From Podarcis filfolensis (taxonomy: Eukaryota), in assembly GCA_964270895.1 (NCBI GenBank), contig OZ185439.1: a stretch of DNA of 64,000 bases, one strand, 5' to 3'. The notes beneath the pieces were generated by a model that worked only from the letters and a program-made list of their open reading frames with translations, was not told the origin of the DNA and did not search any database. The position numbers and the translations under genes were made by a program. Within the stretch, counting starts at the first letter, position 1; each line of letters opens with the position of its first letter. Below are positions 63,001 through 64,000 of the stretch, in pieces.

Positions 63001-64000
63001 GGGACTACAGTTGCCCCGGGAAAGAAAACCATTTGAATCGTTGGCTTGTTTTTCCAGTAAAATGCTCTGAGCAAAGATGTTTATGTTGCAGTTTGAATGT
63101 AAACTTTAGGACAAACTTGTTCGTTGCTGCTAAGGATTTCAAAGTGCCCAACTACTATTGGATGCTTTGAGATCACATGTAAACTGGGCACTGTAGCTAT
63201 TCAAACCTGAAGTGGTTTGCCTCTGGAAATGTCCCCCCGCCCCCCGGTCTCTATATTTTAAGTGTTCATTGAATAAGAAATACTTAATCAGTGGTGCTTC
63301 ACTTCAAAGTGAATGTGTGCGATCATTAGCCTATCAGTATCTCAAAGCAACAGTGAGTGATCTCTGAAATGTTCAAGTCTTTGTTCAAATCTTTCCATGT
63401 CTCTGGCTGAAGAAACTGTTCAGTTGTTTGAACGAAGAAGAAACCTTTACGGAACCCTGGATCAGAGGAGAGTTAAATCAATTGGGATTTCATAAAATGC
63501 AGCAAATATCAGTAGTTTTCACCTCAGTTTGCCTTGAGTGTGTGTTAGTGTTCAGCTGAACACTTCCGATAACCCAAAAGGTTTTGTGGTCATCATTATT
63601 CCCCAGTTAAATGTTGGGCTGAATACTTGCAGGATGTACGCTGCAGCTTATCCAAATATGTGTCTACTTCGGGTTTAGAATTTTTAATGAATGCTGTTAT
63701 TCACCACTGTCCTTAACATATGGTGATGTTAGATGTGTACGCCAGTTGTTAGAAACCCGGTGCAGTCCTTGGCGCCTTTTGGGTTTTGCAGCTAACTGCC
63801 AGAGGGTGTGGGCTTTGCTCTGGTGGGGAGGGTTGGTTTCCAAGGACCAACGGTAGAATTTGGGGTGGGGTGGGGGTGGAAGACAACATGGGTGGAGCTG
63901 CCTTCTGGCATGAAGAGGTAGGTCTGTCTGAATCTGTGTGTGTGAATGAGCTGAGCCTCTGCAGAGTATTTGCAATTCTCTCTCTGTCATATACACATGT

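Noticed and set aside
63690-64000. Start of a downstream gene (SNORC is next in mammals) or the 99-aa minus ORF
   Set aside because: No recognisable SNORC or NGEF peptide; a short ATG...GAG|gtaggt segment is not enough evidence.
1-64000. CRISPR arrays, rRNA, snoRNA or bacterial-type operons
   Set aside because: No regularly spaced direct repeats, rRNA motifs or well-formed C/D or H/ACA structures seen; the window is spliced vertebrate DNA.

Overview
Vertebrate genomic DNA, most likely a squamate (probably lacertid) lizard, inferred from the SINE, MITE, L1 and DIRS content. The + strand carries the complete coding region of GIGYF2. I reconstructed 27 coding exons from 217 to 58382 (3846 nt, 1281 aa + stop), and all phases are consistent. 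Its 5' UTR exons and promoter lie upstream of the window. The ~21.9 kb intron after coding exon 6 contains the Kir7.1 channel gene KCNJ13 on the - strand (2 coding exons, 365 aa), the same nested arrangement known in mammals. The introns hold many transposons: Tc1/mariner-type MITEs, a hAT MITE family, CR1 and L2 fragments, and a tRNA-derived SINE. Three larger elements stand out: a 5'-truncated L1 with a 20-bp TSD and a nested MITE, a decayed DIRS-type tyrosine-recombinase retroelement with inverted terminal repeats and a nested MITE, and a 2.1-kb apparently full-length non-autonomous L1-like element with a 17-bp TSD and an open 211-aa ORF that I do not recognise. Most ORFs in the six-frame track are exon read-throughs, antisense shadows or noise. 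I found no prokaryote-type systems, CRISPR arrays, rRNA or true tRNA genes. All calls come from reading the sequence and from remembered family motifs; no searches were run.
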